Assembly (NCBI RefSeq): GCF_001194135.2
Contig: NC_068981.1
Span: 163,208,351-163,272,350, forward strand
Length of the DNA: 64,000 nt
From: Octopus bimaculoides
Taxonomy: Eukaryota
Direction: 5' to 3'
Below, in pieces: positions 25,501-38,308 of this stretch (its first letter is position 1; each line of letters opens with the position of its first letter). A program made the translations under genes and the position numbers. A model generated the notes under the pieces. The model saw only the letters and a list, made by a program, of their open reading frames with translations, did not search any database and had not been told where the DNA came from.

Positions 25501-27924
25501 CTATCAAATGCATTTGGTGAATCTATTTTAACAAGTTCATTCCTTTTGATGCATATGCACTTCGTTTAGCAATGAATTTGATCTAATAAAATCATTGTGA
25601 AATCTCAGTGCTGTAATAGGTTATTGTCACATTTTGGTAAAAGTCATATCAATTAAACTATTTGAATTATGCTCAGAATAACTAATTTAAAGGATGAAAA
25701 AAAGAGGGGGACACAGACACAAAGCAGTGCTGTAAATAATGTCTTCGTTTTTTCAAAAGGCAAGAGCAGTTAGAAGTTATATAGATTTCTCTTCAACCGT
25801 GAAGTGGAATTGGAATACTTGAAATCAAGTGTGTGTGTGTGTGTGTGTGTACACATGTACAGACATCTGAATGTCTATGTGGATGGTTGGTTGGCTGGCT
25901 GGCTGGCTGGCTGGATGTTTGTATGTGTTCATGTCTGCACATGTATGTGGAAATAACCGAAGAAAGTGAAGAGATGGTGGTTACAAAAAAAAAAAAGATA
26001 TAAAATAGGTGGCAGTACAAAAGCAATAAACTACCCCCATTAAAAAAATCTGGTTATTCCATTTATTTATTTATTTACTATATTTATTTATATACATATT
26101 TCATTATTAATTTCAGTTTCATTATTTACATCACTAAGCTCCCAATGTCGTTTCATTACAGCATATTAACTTCAAATGGTAAAGTCATCCGGAAGAAGAT
26201 ACATGTTTAGTTAAGAGCATGCAATGTAAATTATGAGAACATAAGAGAGAATGTAGGATGCAAAATAAAACTTCTGAAACTAATCCTTTCTATTTAATTA
26301 TGCAGTAAAAATTGCAATTTTGTTTTTTTTTTGTTTTGCATATTCTTTTAATTATCTTATTTGCTTTATAAAAATTTAACTCCCTTCCCTATTCATCCAT
26401 TCTCAAATTTATATTACAAAATTAATTTTTTTAAATAAATATATATAGATGTGTGTATATTCATGCATATGCACACATATACACACATACATACATACAT
26501 ACATACATACAAGCCCAATCAAATCATGATGCTTTAAGTTTCAAATTGCAAATAAGCATTATACATTTCTTCGAAGAATTTGAAAATAATTTAATTAGCA
26601 TGAGTAAAGAATACAGAAAATATAGCAAGTGAGATTTATTTAAAATTCTAATTGAATTTTAATATTTAGGGGGAATGAGTGAATGAGTGAGTGAGTGGTA
26701 TGTGGTAAGGGTGGAATGGTTGAAATTTAATGTAAAAATTTCCAATTCTTTTTGTCCCCCATCCACCGTTCATACACCAGCAGAAGGACATAAAAGATAA
26801 TCAACAAGATCAAGAACAATAACAACAACAGTAACAACAACACGAGCACTTAGGTAAAGAATTCCTTGAGAAACAGAAGAAACAATGTTTCCACTGAGTG
26901 ATTCCAAAGTCACAACTTATAACAATTATTGCATTAAGCACATGAGATTATGAAAATCCTATTAATTTTTCTTTTAAAATTTGAAAAGTCTTCAATATGC
27001 TTCGAGATAGAATACATTTATTTAGCAATATAATAATAAATAAATAAAATTATTACTATTATCATTGCTGTTGTTGTTACAATGTTGATAATAAATAAAT
27101 AAATATATAACTAGAAAATGCATTAGTGGCACTAAAGGTTGGCCTTTTTGATTGCTACAACAATTAGTAGCCATCTGTAATCAATGATGCTTAATCTTTG
27201 CTAAAATGTTCTAACGCTTATCTAATCCATTTGATGTTTATCATAAAACAATAATCTTTTCGAGCTATTATAAAATTTTGCATTGAATTTTATTTGTTTG
27301 CTTCTCCCCACCATCACCATCCTTTTTATATATTTTTTTTTGTTAATTTATATTGTTTTTACTTTTTTTCTATTATTGATTTTGTGGATCTTTTATAAAA
27401 ATTACATTCACATAGATTGTTTCTACTGGGCAAGATGATGATAAAAATAAAAAATTTTTAAATGAATGTAAAAAAGAACTTAACGATGCCTCAAAACATA
27501 TGTTAAGTTTAATCTCAATTAATCAAGACAACATAATGCAATATCATATTGTACATACATACATACACATATATATATATATATATGTACCATATACTCT
27601 ACAACATGCATGTGTCAGTGTGCATATACGGTCATGTATGTGTACATTAATAGACACTAACAATTAATTTAAGAACCCATCATAATAATTATTCTTACAG
27701 AGTATAACTTAAACACTGATGGAGAGGTGCAAAAGGCTTCTTGGCGTGAGGCGTAGATAGCTAATTTACATGATAACCGATAAATTGTTAGTATCGAAAG
27801 TGAAAATTTACTGCTTTATATAAAATTCTTGTCTGTTAATAGATATTTCTTAAGAGAAGGTGGCAAGGTACAAATTATACATGGCCAAGAGTATGAATCT
27901 ATTATGTCAACTGTTATAGTACTC

Positions 27925-28340
27925 TCTTTCTCTTTTCTCTTTACTCTTTTACTTGTTTCAGTCATTTGACTGCGGCCATGCTGGAGCACCGCCTTTAGTC
28001 GAACAAATCGACCCCAGGACTTATTCTTTGGAAGCCTAGTACTTATTGTATCGGTCTCTTTTGCCGAACCGCTAAGTTACGGGGACGTAAACGCACCACC
28101 ATCGGTTGTCAAGTGATGCTGAGGGGACAAACACAGACACACAAACATAAACACACACATACATATATATACATATATACGACAGGCTTCTTTCAGTTTT
28201 CGTCTACCAAATCGACTCACAAGGCTTTGGTCGGCCCAAGGCTATAGTGGGAGACACTTGCCCAAGGTTCCACACAGTGGGAATGAACCCGGAACCATGT
28301 GGTTCGTAAGCAAGCTACTTACCACATAACCACTCCTACG
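27925..28340 (-). mobile_element. SINE family A, best-preserved full-length copy
   Basis: On the minus strand: tRNA-like head (ggttatgtggtaagtagc...ggttccgggttcattccc), accttgggcaagtgtct core, (TG/TA)n spacer, gatacaataagtactagg..ggggtcgatt block, (aaagagt)n tail. Confidence 0.92.
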
Positions 28341-29005
28341 AGTATTTACTATATCAAACTTCGTAGGATTTGAACCCACAAAGTTGGTGGTGGTGGTGGG
28401 GGTGGGGGTGGAACTAAATGCTGCAAGACAATTTGAATGCCAGTCTGTCAATTCAGCCATCTACAGACCAATAGTTAAGACTACATCCATTAATGATTCT
28501 TGACACTTCAAACACTCTTATGAAAGGGAATAAAAAGTAAATGAGAAAACTGAAAGCCTAGATGAGCTCTAAGGATTCTTTGCATTTCAGCAACATTACT
28601 TACTGCATGGAAGTAAATCCTAAACGAAAAAAATTGTATTTAAATAAGCAAAGATTGTGACAAGTATTGATGTGTGTGTATATACACACACAAAACACAC
28701 AAGCCTCTGTCTGTAAGTATGGATGTATGTATGTACCCTGACATTATTTACTCACTTTAGCGTAAAACAGTATCACTGCTTAGGTGTCCCAGTGTATGCT
28801 TACAGTTACAAAATGTCTGGCTACTTACTAAACAGTCTGGTGTTTGAAAGACCAGGAGAATATGTACCTCATTTGAAAAAAAAAGCAAGCGTTGGTGACA
28901 AAGAGAGTAGCTGATGATAGAATATTGTTACTTCTATAAATAAATCTCATTTTATTTATTCAATATCCATTTTCTCCCTTAAAACTATATTTTTCTCCAA
29001 ATTTT

Positions 29006-29054
<49 letters not shown>

Positions 29055-29853
29055 ATGTGTTTGTCTACATACATGTGTACAAGAATGGAATTGTTTTAGT
29101 CTCAATATGCATATGTCTGCTAAAAACAAAGGCTTCCTTCTATGTCTGTCTCTCTCCAACCTGATACACAAACACAGATATCTACTAATACATCGCACCT
29201 ATAGTTGGATAGAATATTTGTGAAAAGTGAACACACGCATACATGCATACAGATATAGTGGGGGAAAGAACAAGATGGTTAAGAACAATGCATATATGTA
29301 TTGTTTCGAACTAAATCCCAACAGGTGAGCTAGACACCATTTAATGATGCCACTTTCAGACATTATTGTATTACTGTAGCATACCATTGGAAAGATTGCT
29401 GGCAGGCACATTAGCTAGTAACAGAGTTTTGATGGTTTACAGGTGTAGTTCCATGGTATATTCAATCTATTGTGGTTTCAAATTATAGGCCCAAACTTTG
29501 GTCATAATAATAAATGTGGTGCTGTATTGATTATACTGTGTGGAAAATGGTGAGCATATGAAAGCTTTCCAGCTGGTGGACTTTATTTACATTTGCATAA
29601 GTATGTGCATGTAAATGTTCGTGTATTAATATAGTTTTTTTTTTCACATTTGCATATACCATGTGTATGTATGTATATATGTGAGCATATACATGCACAT
29701 ACCTACATATATAAATTCACATGCACACATAAACGCATACATATACCTAGATTATAATATATATATATATTTATTTATTTATTTATATATTAAAAAATAT
29801 ACACACAGATATGTGAAATGAAGAAAAGCAAAGATGTATGTATGTATGTATGT

Positions 29854-29893
<40 letters not shown>

Positions 29894-29899
29894 TGCTGT

Positions 29900-30560
29900 A
29901 CCCAATGTAAGCTTTGGACACACAAGAGATGTAGTGGAATTACAAGCAGGCTAAACGAGAAGGTAAGCTTCATATGTGACAGGTGTATTGGAGCAATGCA
30001 CAATCAGAAATAGAGCACAATCGGAAATAGAATGTTTTAAACATCCTTATGGCTCACAAGAAGTGGTTGATAGCTTCTCCTATCAAGGAGATATAATAAG
30101 ACAGTTGCTCTAGAAAGTATAGTAGCTGAGGTAATAATGGATTGGAAAACATTTGGGATGTTAATAATACCATTAGCTCTTTTCCTTCAGAGTGAAGGAC
30201 AGGTTGTATGATGTTTGTGTTACAAATACAATGTCGTATAGTAGCAAGAAATAGGCACGGCCTGTCAAAGGCTTCCACGGACTACAAAGAACAGAAGCAA
30301 ATTTACTCCAGTGGATGTGCACTGTTAGTGTGCATGGAAGCAAGATTACAAACGATGTTATAAGAATCAGGTGTAGTGTGCAAGAGAACAGGCAGCTCTG
30401 GTATGGGTATGTGAAGTATATAGAGGAAAATTGCTGGATACAACAAAAGTGTCAGGTACTCCAAGTTAGTGGAACCTATAGGAAAAGAGATCTGAAGATA
30501 TTGCACTTCATAAAAGTGATGATAAAATGACTGTACAGGTTGGCAATATGTGGTGCGACT
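29900..30560 (+). mobile_element. Old RTE LINE remnant (C-terminal region)
   Basis: Translates RTEANLLQWMCTVSVH..IRCSVQENRQLWYGYVKYIEENCWIQQKCQVLQVSGT, paralogous to 2959-3288. Confidence 0.75.
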
Positions 30561-30689
30561 CATGGCCCTTCAACAAGGCACAAGTGAAGTTCTTAAAAAG
30601 TCATGATATAACACACACACACACACACACAATTTAGTTATAAGGATTGATTAAATGCCATTTGTGCTTACTTTTTACATATATGTTCT

Positions 30690-31500
30690 ACAAGACACAT
30701 CATACAACTTTATCAGCGTTCATCCTCCCCCACCATTTTATATGCTTACACCACAACTCTTGCAACTCCTCAATGAGTCCCAATCTATTCATGATTCCTC
30801 ATTTCATATTTTATGCTTGGCTTGCTGTACTACCAATCTTCATGCTCTTTGCCAGGTTACCTTTATTGCCATCCAACTACCTACCTGCCCTGCACCCACC
30901 CACAGTTTCCTTTCCTACTCCTCTCTTTCCCCCCACTTCAGATGCCCCTGGGCTATCCATACTCTGCCTTTCCTCTTCTGCCTGTGGCTACAGATACCCT
31001 CTAACAACTCATTCCCCTAATTACTCCCATTACATTCAACCACTGCTTCCTCAACCCCACCTTCATCTTTCACAGCCCCTTTTCCATATCTGCATCTCAC
31101 AACACCCCCATCTCATCCTGGTCTATGCCCACTTCCCTCCAATGACACTTTTAATGTTCCTCTGCACCCTAGTCCCTAACTCTCCCCTTTTTCTCAAATC
31201 TTGTCCATACTTGCCCTTATAATGTAGGTAGCCATATACTCCATCTACACATCCCATTATCATCTTTCTGATGCATCCCACCCATCACTTCCCAAAAGCC
31301 CTTGATGCCAAATCCTTCCCTTTTCTTTGTTCTCCACCGTACTCCTTCCCCCAATCAGTGCCAACTCCACTGCTTTCTTAATCACTCTACTACCACACCT
31401 CACAACCTGTATCATCTTAACCACAGCACACTCTTTCATGAAATTGGCACTAGAGAGATCATCATATCTTTGACCCACTTATTTTCTCATGGTACCAACA
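30690..31500 (-). mobile_element. Highly decayed LINE remnant, possibly AP-endonuclease region
   Basis: The minus strand is strongly purine-rich, with weak traces of VIGG (cf. IIGGDFN) and NGSN.GNELLEGIC (cf. N.NG..LL.FC). Confidence 0.35.
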
Positions 31501-31678
31501 TTACAGAGAATTGCTATGTCTTTCACAAGACTAAAGGGTCCTTTGACACCATGTCTGTAAACACACACAAGTTAAAGCAATATAGTATGGAAATCAAGCA
31601 AAATAGCTAGTTGCAAAATCTAAAGAAGAAATCAGAGTAGTAGTAACTATACTAACAAATAAAGACAATCAATCTTAC

Positions 31679-31726
31679 CAATATAATGTGATTGCAATGC
31701 TCAAAGCTGAATGAATATCTTACCTG
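31679..31726 (-). other. Candidate recursive splice site / 45-nt RS-exon
   Basis: T10CT4CAG|GTAAGA junction at 31724/31723, and a second donor TTG|GTAAGA 45 nt downstream. Confidence 0.4.
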
Positions 31727-32034
31727 AAAAGAAAAAAAAAACATCAAAAATTAAAGATATATATAAAAAGCAAAAGCTTTTCTTAATAAATATTATATAA
31801 ATAGTATTATTTAAAGTAGATTTTTTTAAAACAAAATCAACAACATTAATAATATAAAGGAGAAATAAAACAAAGAATATTACATAAAAGAAAGCTTTAT
31901 ATGGAAACTTTTAAAAACCTCCAGATTGCAAGTGCCGTAGTTTCACCCAAGTGCACTGGCAGAAATCAAAATATAAGAATAATCCTTGTAATTTGGTAAA
32001 TGTCTACATGTCAGTGTAGAAAAGATAAATATAT

Positions 32035-32420
32035 AGAAGCAGGTACAGCTGTGTGGTTAAGATCACCTTGTAACTATGTGGTTTTGGGTTCAGTCTCACT
32101 ACACAGCACCATGAGCAAGTATCTTCTACTACAGCTGACCAATGCATTGTGAGTGAATCTGGTAGATGGAAACTGTGGAAACCAGTCACAAATGTGTGTG
32201 TGTGTGTGTGTGGTGGGGGGTGTTCACCCACCACTTGACAACGGGTGTTGATGTGTTTCTTGTTTATATCTCAATTACTTAGCAACTTGGCAAAAGGGAC
32301 CAATAGAGTAAGCACCAGACTTATAAATAAATACTGAGGTCAATCTCTCTGACTGAAACTCTCCAAGGCAGCAGCTGAACATGGTTGCAGTCTGATGATT
32401 GAAACCAGTAGAAAGATAAA
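32035..32420 (+). mobile_element. SINE family A
   Basis: gctgtgtggttaag..gggttcagtctcact..catgagcaagtatcttctact..ggtagatggaaactg..cttgacaacggg..gaccaatagagtaagcaccag. Confidence 0.8.
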
Positions 32421-32957
32421 CAATATAAGGCCACAACTGAAAACCTTTTTATCATACAACTGTCTGCTCCATTGATGCTGACAGTGTTAAAACACTACCA
32501 ACCACTTCTATTCATACATTTTCTTTCTAAAAATTTAACTTTTTCCTTACCATTATTTCATTTATATTTAAATCTGTACAGCCTAAGACAGAGAAACATG
32601 TTAACATGACACCCATGGCGGTTGTTTATTGAGTATTATTATTATTATTACTATTATGAATGATAATGTCATTAAAACAGAAATTAACAACAACAACAAC
32701 AACAACAACAACAATAAGGAATGGAAATGCTTTAATTACTTTAAGGGGGTTATTTATGTGTGTATACATGTTGCTCTAACTGGGACAGATATTACAAAGC
32801 AACAACATGAACAGGAACCCGTGATAATCCACTCCCCCTCCTCCTTTAATTCTTCCATGAAATGTCCTAGTTTTTAAAAGATTAGAAGTGTTTGGGGGGG
32901 GGGTCGTTAAAGTCTGGCACTATTGGAAATCAGATCACTGTACGTGTGTACATATGA

Positions 32958-32959
32958 CT

Positions 32960-32991
<32 letters not shown>

Positions 32992-33014
32992 GTATATATG
33001 TATGTATATGTGTG

Positions 33015-33055
<41 letters not shown>

Positions 33056-33425
33056 NNNNNNNNNNNNNNNNNNNNNNNNNNNNNNNNNNNNNNNNNNNNN
33101 NNNNNNNNNNNNNNNNNNNNNNNNNNNNNNNNNNNNNNNNNNNNNNNNNNNNNNNNNNNNNNNNNNNNNNNNNNNNNNNNNNNNNNNNNNNNNNNNNNNN
33201 NNNNNNNNNNNNNNNNNNNNNNNNNNNNNNNNNNNNNNNNNNNNNNNNNNNNNNNNNNNNNNNNNNNNNNNNNNNNNNNNNNNNNNNNNNNNNNNNNNNN
33301 NNNNNNNNNNNNNNNNNNNNNNNNNNNNNNNNNNNNNNNNNNNNNNNNNNNNNNNNNNNNNNNNNNNNNNNNNNNNNNNNNNNNNNNNNNNNNNNNNNNN
33401 NNNNNNNNNNNNNNGGGGGGGGGGG
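32958..33425. repeat. (CA)n/(TA)n microsatellite, the largest N gap (33056-33414) and a poly-G run
   Basis: Direct reading. Confidence 0.95.
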
Positions 33426-33904
33426 ACAAACACAGACACATACATACAAACTGGAAACATGTAACAAAACTTTAGCACCACCTGTAGCAATTTTGAAGAT
33501 CAGACAATAAATATATCTGAACTACATATCAATGGCATGATGGAATGTAGGAGTAACAGTAAAGGTAACACAAACACACACACAATACCCATTAGTGTAT
33601 ACATAAACACACACATTTACGTTCAAACAGGTAATCACTATCATGTGCATACATAAACACACAAATATTCACATGTACCTTTACTTGCAATTATATTTTT
33701 CTACATACAAAGACATGTTTTTTTTTTATTATACACTGCAATTGGTGAACAAAAGCATTACTGCTGGTTGCATTTCTGATGATAAGAATAACAAAGAGAT
33801 ATATCTAACTAGTTGCAGAACAAATTTCGTGAAAATCTTCATATATGAAGCACAGGTTTTACAGCATTCTCACCAATGTTTCCATACATACAGCCACACA
33901 TCAA

Positions 33905-34110
33905 CATTATCATCATTTAACATCCACTTCTCCATGGCTGCATGGGTCAGACATAGTTTACTGAGGCAGATTTTCTGCAGGTGGATGCCCTTCCTGTTGC
34001 AAACCCTTGCTTCTTTCTAAGCAAAGTAATATTTCTCCATGGCCAGACATGTTCTAGTAGAATATTGGAAATAGATGACATTCATTTACAATGTTATGTA
34101 ATATCAGGAC
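33905..34110 (-). mobile_element. A2 SINE tail (RTE-like 3' end)
   Basis: catcatttaacatccacttctccatggctgcatggg..ggatgcccttcctgttgcaaaccc..aatatttctccatggccagacatg. Confidence 0.75.
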
Positions 34111-34154
34111 AAATGAGACAAACATTCACACACTCACACAAGCATTCATGCATA

Positions 34155-34409
34155 TATTGGGTTGGTGCATAATTATTGTGGCCTTTTTTCAACAAATTTT
34201 ATTCAACAAAAACAATAACAATATTTAACAAAAACATCTTTAAATGATGGTTTGACAGGCTGCCAAGCAAATGGGAAGCAGTAATTGAAGTAGATGGTGA
34301 ATATGCTCCAGAATAATCATTTAAAGATGTTCATCTTATATGTTGTTATTGTTTTTGCTGAATGAAATTTGTTGAAAAAATGCCACAATAATTATGCACC
34401 AATCCAATA
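34155..34409 (+). mobile_element. Mariner-derived MITE with about 94-bp inverted arms
   Basis: Ends tattgggttggtgcataattattgtggc / gccacaataattatgcaccaatccaata in TA context resemble mariner TIRs. The centre encodes DRLPSKWEAVIEVDGEYAPE*, like a mariner transposase C-terminus. Confidence 0.88.
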
Positions 34410-34429
34410 TATTATATGAACATATATGA

Positions 34430-34720
34430 TGGGCTTCTATCAAATCTATCACAAGCTTTGGTGTGCCTAGGACTACAATAGAATACCTTACCCATGCAGT
34501 GGGGACTGAACTCAAACTCGTGGTTAAGAAGCAAACTTCTAAACCATACAGCCGAGGGCCTTCTGCACAGTTTCCACCAACCAAATTTTATTCATAACTA
34601 TTGGCCAATGTAAGGTTATGATAAAGACACTTTATCTAAGGACCTGTGCAATGAGATCAAACTTGGAGCCTCTTCATTTGCAAAGTGAACTTCTTCACCA
34701 CACAGCCTTGCTTGTGAAAT
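34430..34720 (-). mobile_element. Two adjacent SINE family A head fragments
   Basis: gggcttctatcaaatctatcacaagctttgg..gactacaatagaatacc..gggactgaac; then cttctgcacagtttccaccaaccaaatt..aaagacactttatctaagg. Confidence 0.65.
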
Positions 34721-35744
34721 TGACATACACATACACACACAAGCACATCCCTTTTACATATGCAAAATGCATTTCCATACAGACACCCACAAAAACATCA
34801 CACACAGATATACACATTATCTCAAATAAATCAAGAACTTATGTTCATAAAACTACCATCTTTTTTTTTTTTTTTAATATATATGCAACAAAAGGAGAGA
34901 AAAAATTGGTAAGGGAAAAAAATTAACGAAAAACATGAAAAGAAGATAAACCAACTAAGGAAGAGAAACCACATTCAGACTCGATATACAGGAAGGAGGA
35001 GTCTTTAAAATGTTTATCTGTGTAGACGATCAAAAGTTTCCTGTTTTTCAAGACGCTGCTTCTTACTAGTGACTTAGTAAGAAACAAAGAGTAATAAAGA
35101 TATACACAGTGGAAACAGCCAAAAGATATTAAAAACCAAAAAACAAAAAATCAATANNNNNNNNNNNNNNNNNNNNNNNNNNNNNNACTAGATTTTGGTG
35201 GGGTGGTTGTTTATTTTCTCCATAAATAAAATTATTTCTCAACTACTACTAATACTACTCCTCCTCCTATTACTACTGCTACTAAAAACAACAATAATAT
35301 AAGTAATGAAACTCGAAGAAAGAAAAAAAACTTTTAAAAAGTAAAAGACAGAAAATGTGACTTAAAATGACAAGCAATCTATACATATGCCAATATGTGC
35401 ATGTGGAGAGAGAGAGAGAGAGAGAGAGGGAGGGAGGGGGAGAGAGAGGGAGGGAGGGGGAGAGAGAGAGATAGAGAAAGAGAGAGAGAGAATACTTTCG
35501 TTGTAAAGATAGGGGTATTTAACATGATATGGTAAGATATTTAGTTACCTCCAGCATTTTGTTATCCTCACCTCTCATTTACATGTCTATTCTATATGCA
35601 TGTTAATAAGGGTTATATAGGTTTAGAAACTTTCAAACATATGCATATAACTTAGTAAACCTTGTTTAATTTGTCTCATTGCAATATGCAGAGTTAATGC
35701 ATCTGAGACAAGTGGATAGTAATAGAACATAAATACTCTTTCGT

Positions 35745-35960
35745 TTTTGTATTTGGCTTGCAAGATTCATTATATGAATTTGTGTGTTGAAGCATATTTT
35801 ATTGTGTCTGGGGCAAGTCATTCTCTTTTAGTGCCTTATTACTTAACATACTCACTGGTTCGATTTCCAAAAAAAAAAGTAAATGAGTGGAAATTGAACC
35901 TGTGTGGATGTTAAATAATAAGGCATTAAAAGAGAATGACTCTCCCCAGACACAATAAAT
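35745..35960. mobile_element. Fold-back (palindromic) MITE remnant
   Basis: Arms 35799-35869 and 35888-35958 are near reverse complements. Confidence 0.75.
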
Positions 35961-36534
35961 ACTATTGTTTAGAAACCAACAAACACTGATACTAGAATTT
36001 AGTATCATGCCATGCTCTTCAGTACATTTCAACAAACATTAAAAATATAAAAATGTTTGTAGTTTTGTCTCAAAGAAGAAAAGGCACTGGCCATACTTGT
36101 TTTCTTTTCCACTAGGGACTCTGAAACTGGTGAGCAAAAAGGAAAAAGAAATACAACCTGTTGGTTATTCTTGCATCAGAGACCTGGTTAAAGAATGAAC
36201 TCCACTCAATGAACATAAGGTCCACATGCTGGTGTTAAACCTAGCAATGAATTAAGTTTACTAACAACAATTACAGTACATTTGCTGGATTTCCATACAG
36301 TTTCTGTTTATTCAATTTCATTTACAAGGCTAAGTTGATTAGAAATTATAGTAAAAAGACACTCCTCCAAAGAGCTTATGCAGTGAGATTGAACCCAGGA
36401 TCACATAGTTAAGCTTGGCAAGTGGATTTGATTGATGGAAACTGAAAGAAGCCTATAGTAAATCTGTACATAAAATCAAAGGATCAAAGTTCCACACCAA
36501 GCAATAGGTTCACAAAGTCAGTTCCTTGGATTCT

Positions 36535-36730
36535 GTAACATATACATTCCACCCCTGGATGGAATACTGGTCCATTGCATGATAACTCACTTTTGCCAGC
36601 TGAGTGGACTGGAGCAACGTGAAATGAACTGTCTTGCTCAAGGACACAATGTATCACCTAACTCAGGAAATAAACCCAGAATCATACATCATGAGAGGAA
36701 CATCCTAAACACTAAGCCACACACTTCCAC
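36535..36730 (-). mobile_element. tRNA-derived SINE with a V/Meta-like central domain
   Basis: The minus strand has a tRNA-like head, then gtgtccttgagcaagacagttcatttcacgttgctccagtccactcagctggcaaaa. Confidence 0.65.
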
Positions 36731-36804
36731 ACACACACACGTACTACATATTTATGTATGTATGTATGTTTGAGTGTGTATATGTTTGTTGAGAATGCAT
36801 GATT

Positions 36805-36990
36805 GTTATAAATGTATAACATTTACTTCTAATATTCTGCAAAAACATGTCTGACCATGGGGAAATATAACCTTGCTTGGAAACAGGTGAGGGTTGGCAA
36901 CAGGAAGGGTATCTGGCTGTAGAAAATCTGCCTCAATAAGCTGTTTGACCCACGCAAACATGAAAAAGTGAATATTAAAACAATGACAAT
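36805..36990 (+). mobile_element. A2 SINE tail (RTE-like 3' end)
   Basis: aatattctgcaaaaacatgtctgaccatggggaaat..aaacaggtgagggttggcaacaggaagggtatctggctgtagaaaatctgcc. Confidence 0.8.
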
Positions 36991-37024
36991 TACACACACA
37001 CGTATATATTTATTTATTTATGCA

Positions 37025-37077
<53 letters not shown>

Positions 37078-38084
37078 GTGAGTGAGTGAGTGAGTGTGTG
37101 TGTGTGTGTGTGTGCGTGCGTGCGAGTTTTTATATCACATTGCACTACCAGCTTGTTTAAATTGTATATCCTAGACAAAAGAATTTCCTTAAACAGTGTT
37201 GGCATAATAGCATGAAGTCTCTATTTGACAGGTTGATTAGATAATTAAATCCATTTGCTGCTTAGTAATAGCCTACATCAGCAAGACCCAACAGGTCCTA
37301 GCAATATAAAAGAAAAACCATATAGGCAGAATACACACCCTCACTCCAAAAATACATGATTATTCCTAGGAATTTTTTTCTTTTTTTTAAGTATCAACCA
37401 GGAAACAATAACAACAGCCAAATGCACAATAACAATTTGAAGCTAATTTACATTTTCAATGTTGATATATGGCAGTGAATAACAAAATCAGTGGAGTATC
37501 AGACAGATAACTTGTAAGTTCAAATCATACATACGTTAACTTTTTCCCTTGCCCTTCTGCTGTTGCTAAAATCAAATATCTGTTAAGTGCTGCAGTAGAT
37601 AATTTGATATTCCCTTCAAGGCAAGTACATTGATATGGCTACTAGTAACAAAATAAAAGAATACTTTTAACTAACTTGCATTTTTATTGGGTTTTCTTTT
37701 TTTATATAGGTTATAAAATTACAGAAGCAAATGTCTTCAAAGAAAACCCCACAACTTAAAGAAACCAGGATCAGATACCAAGTCTTATTGCAGATAACAT
37801 TCTCAAAAGATCTGGCATCTATACCTCTAACAGTAAATACGTGAAATGTTGTACTCAGTTTAGCCAAATTTGTACTTTGCCATGTTAGCATAGCATACTT
37901 TCAATGAATCTGGTGAAGCAACCCACTTGGAATATAACCATCTTACTGTACAGATCCAGTAATGAGGCCTATACACAGACTCTTATTGTGGTTTGACTGG
38001 CAGGAAATACTGTCAGGAAAATGAATGAATATACAGGAAGAAATAGTCCTCAATGTAACAGACCGAAATAAAAAATAAATAAAT

Positions 38085-38087
<3 letters not shown>

Positions 38088-38147
<60 letters not shown>

Positions 38148-38197
38148 NNNNNNNNNNNNNNNNNNNNNNNNNNNNNNNNNNNNNNNNNNNNNNNNNN

Positions 38198-38255
<58 letters not shown>

Positions 38256-38264
38256 AGGGAGAGT

Positions 38265-38306
<42 letters not shown>
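38088..38306. repeat. (GA)n tract with N gap (38148-38197)
   Basis: Direct reading. Other GA tracts are at 22420-22520, 35405-35492 and 53340-53492. Confidence 0.95.

Positions 38307-38308
<2 letters not shown>

Noticed and set aside
18735-26870. Other short acceptor-plus-ORF tails on minus (GAIEKQTMEE* about 18760, LSSFTESSGFSSRSTVVC* about 23880, SIPIPLHG* about 25820, EFFT* about 26855)
   Set aside because: Peptides of 5-20 aa behind an AG are expected often in AT-rich DNA and none has independent support. The faint resemblance of SIPIPLHG to casein kinase 1 tails is too weak to use.
30647-31222. 191-aa plus-strand ORF rich in P/L/H/S
   Set aside because: It comes from a pyrimidine-rich strand with few stop codons, antisense to a probable LINE relic, and shows no recognisable domain.
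37939-38025. miR-8/200-like pieces: catcttactg (5p-like) and aatactgtcagg (3p-like)
   Set aside because: The arms start about 67 nt apart, pair poorly and match only 9-12 nt, so this is not a credible precursor.
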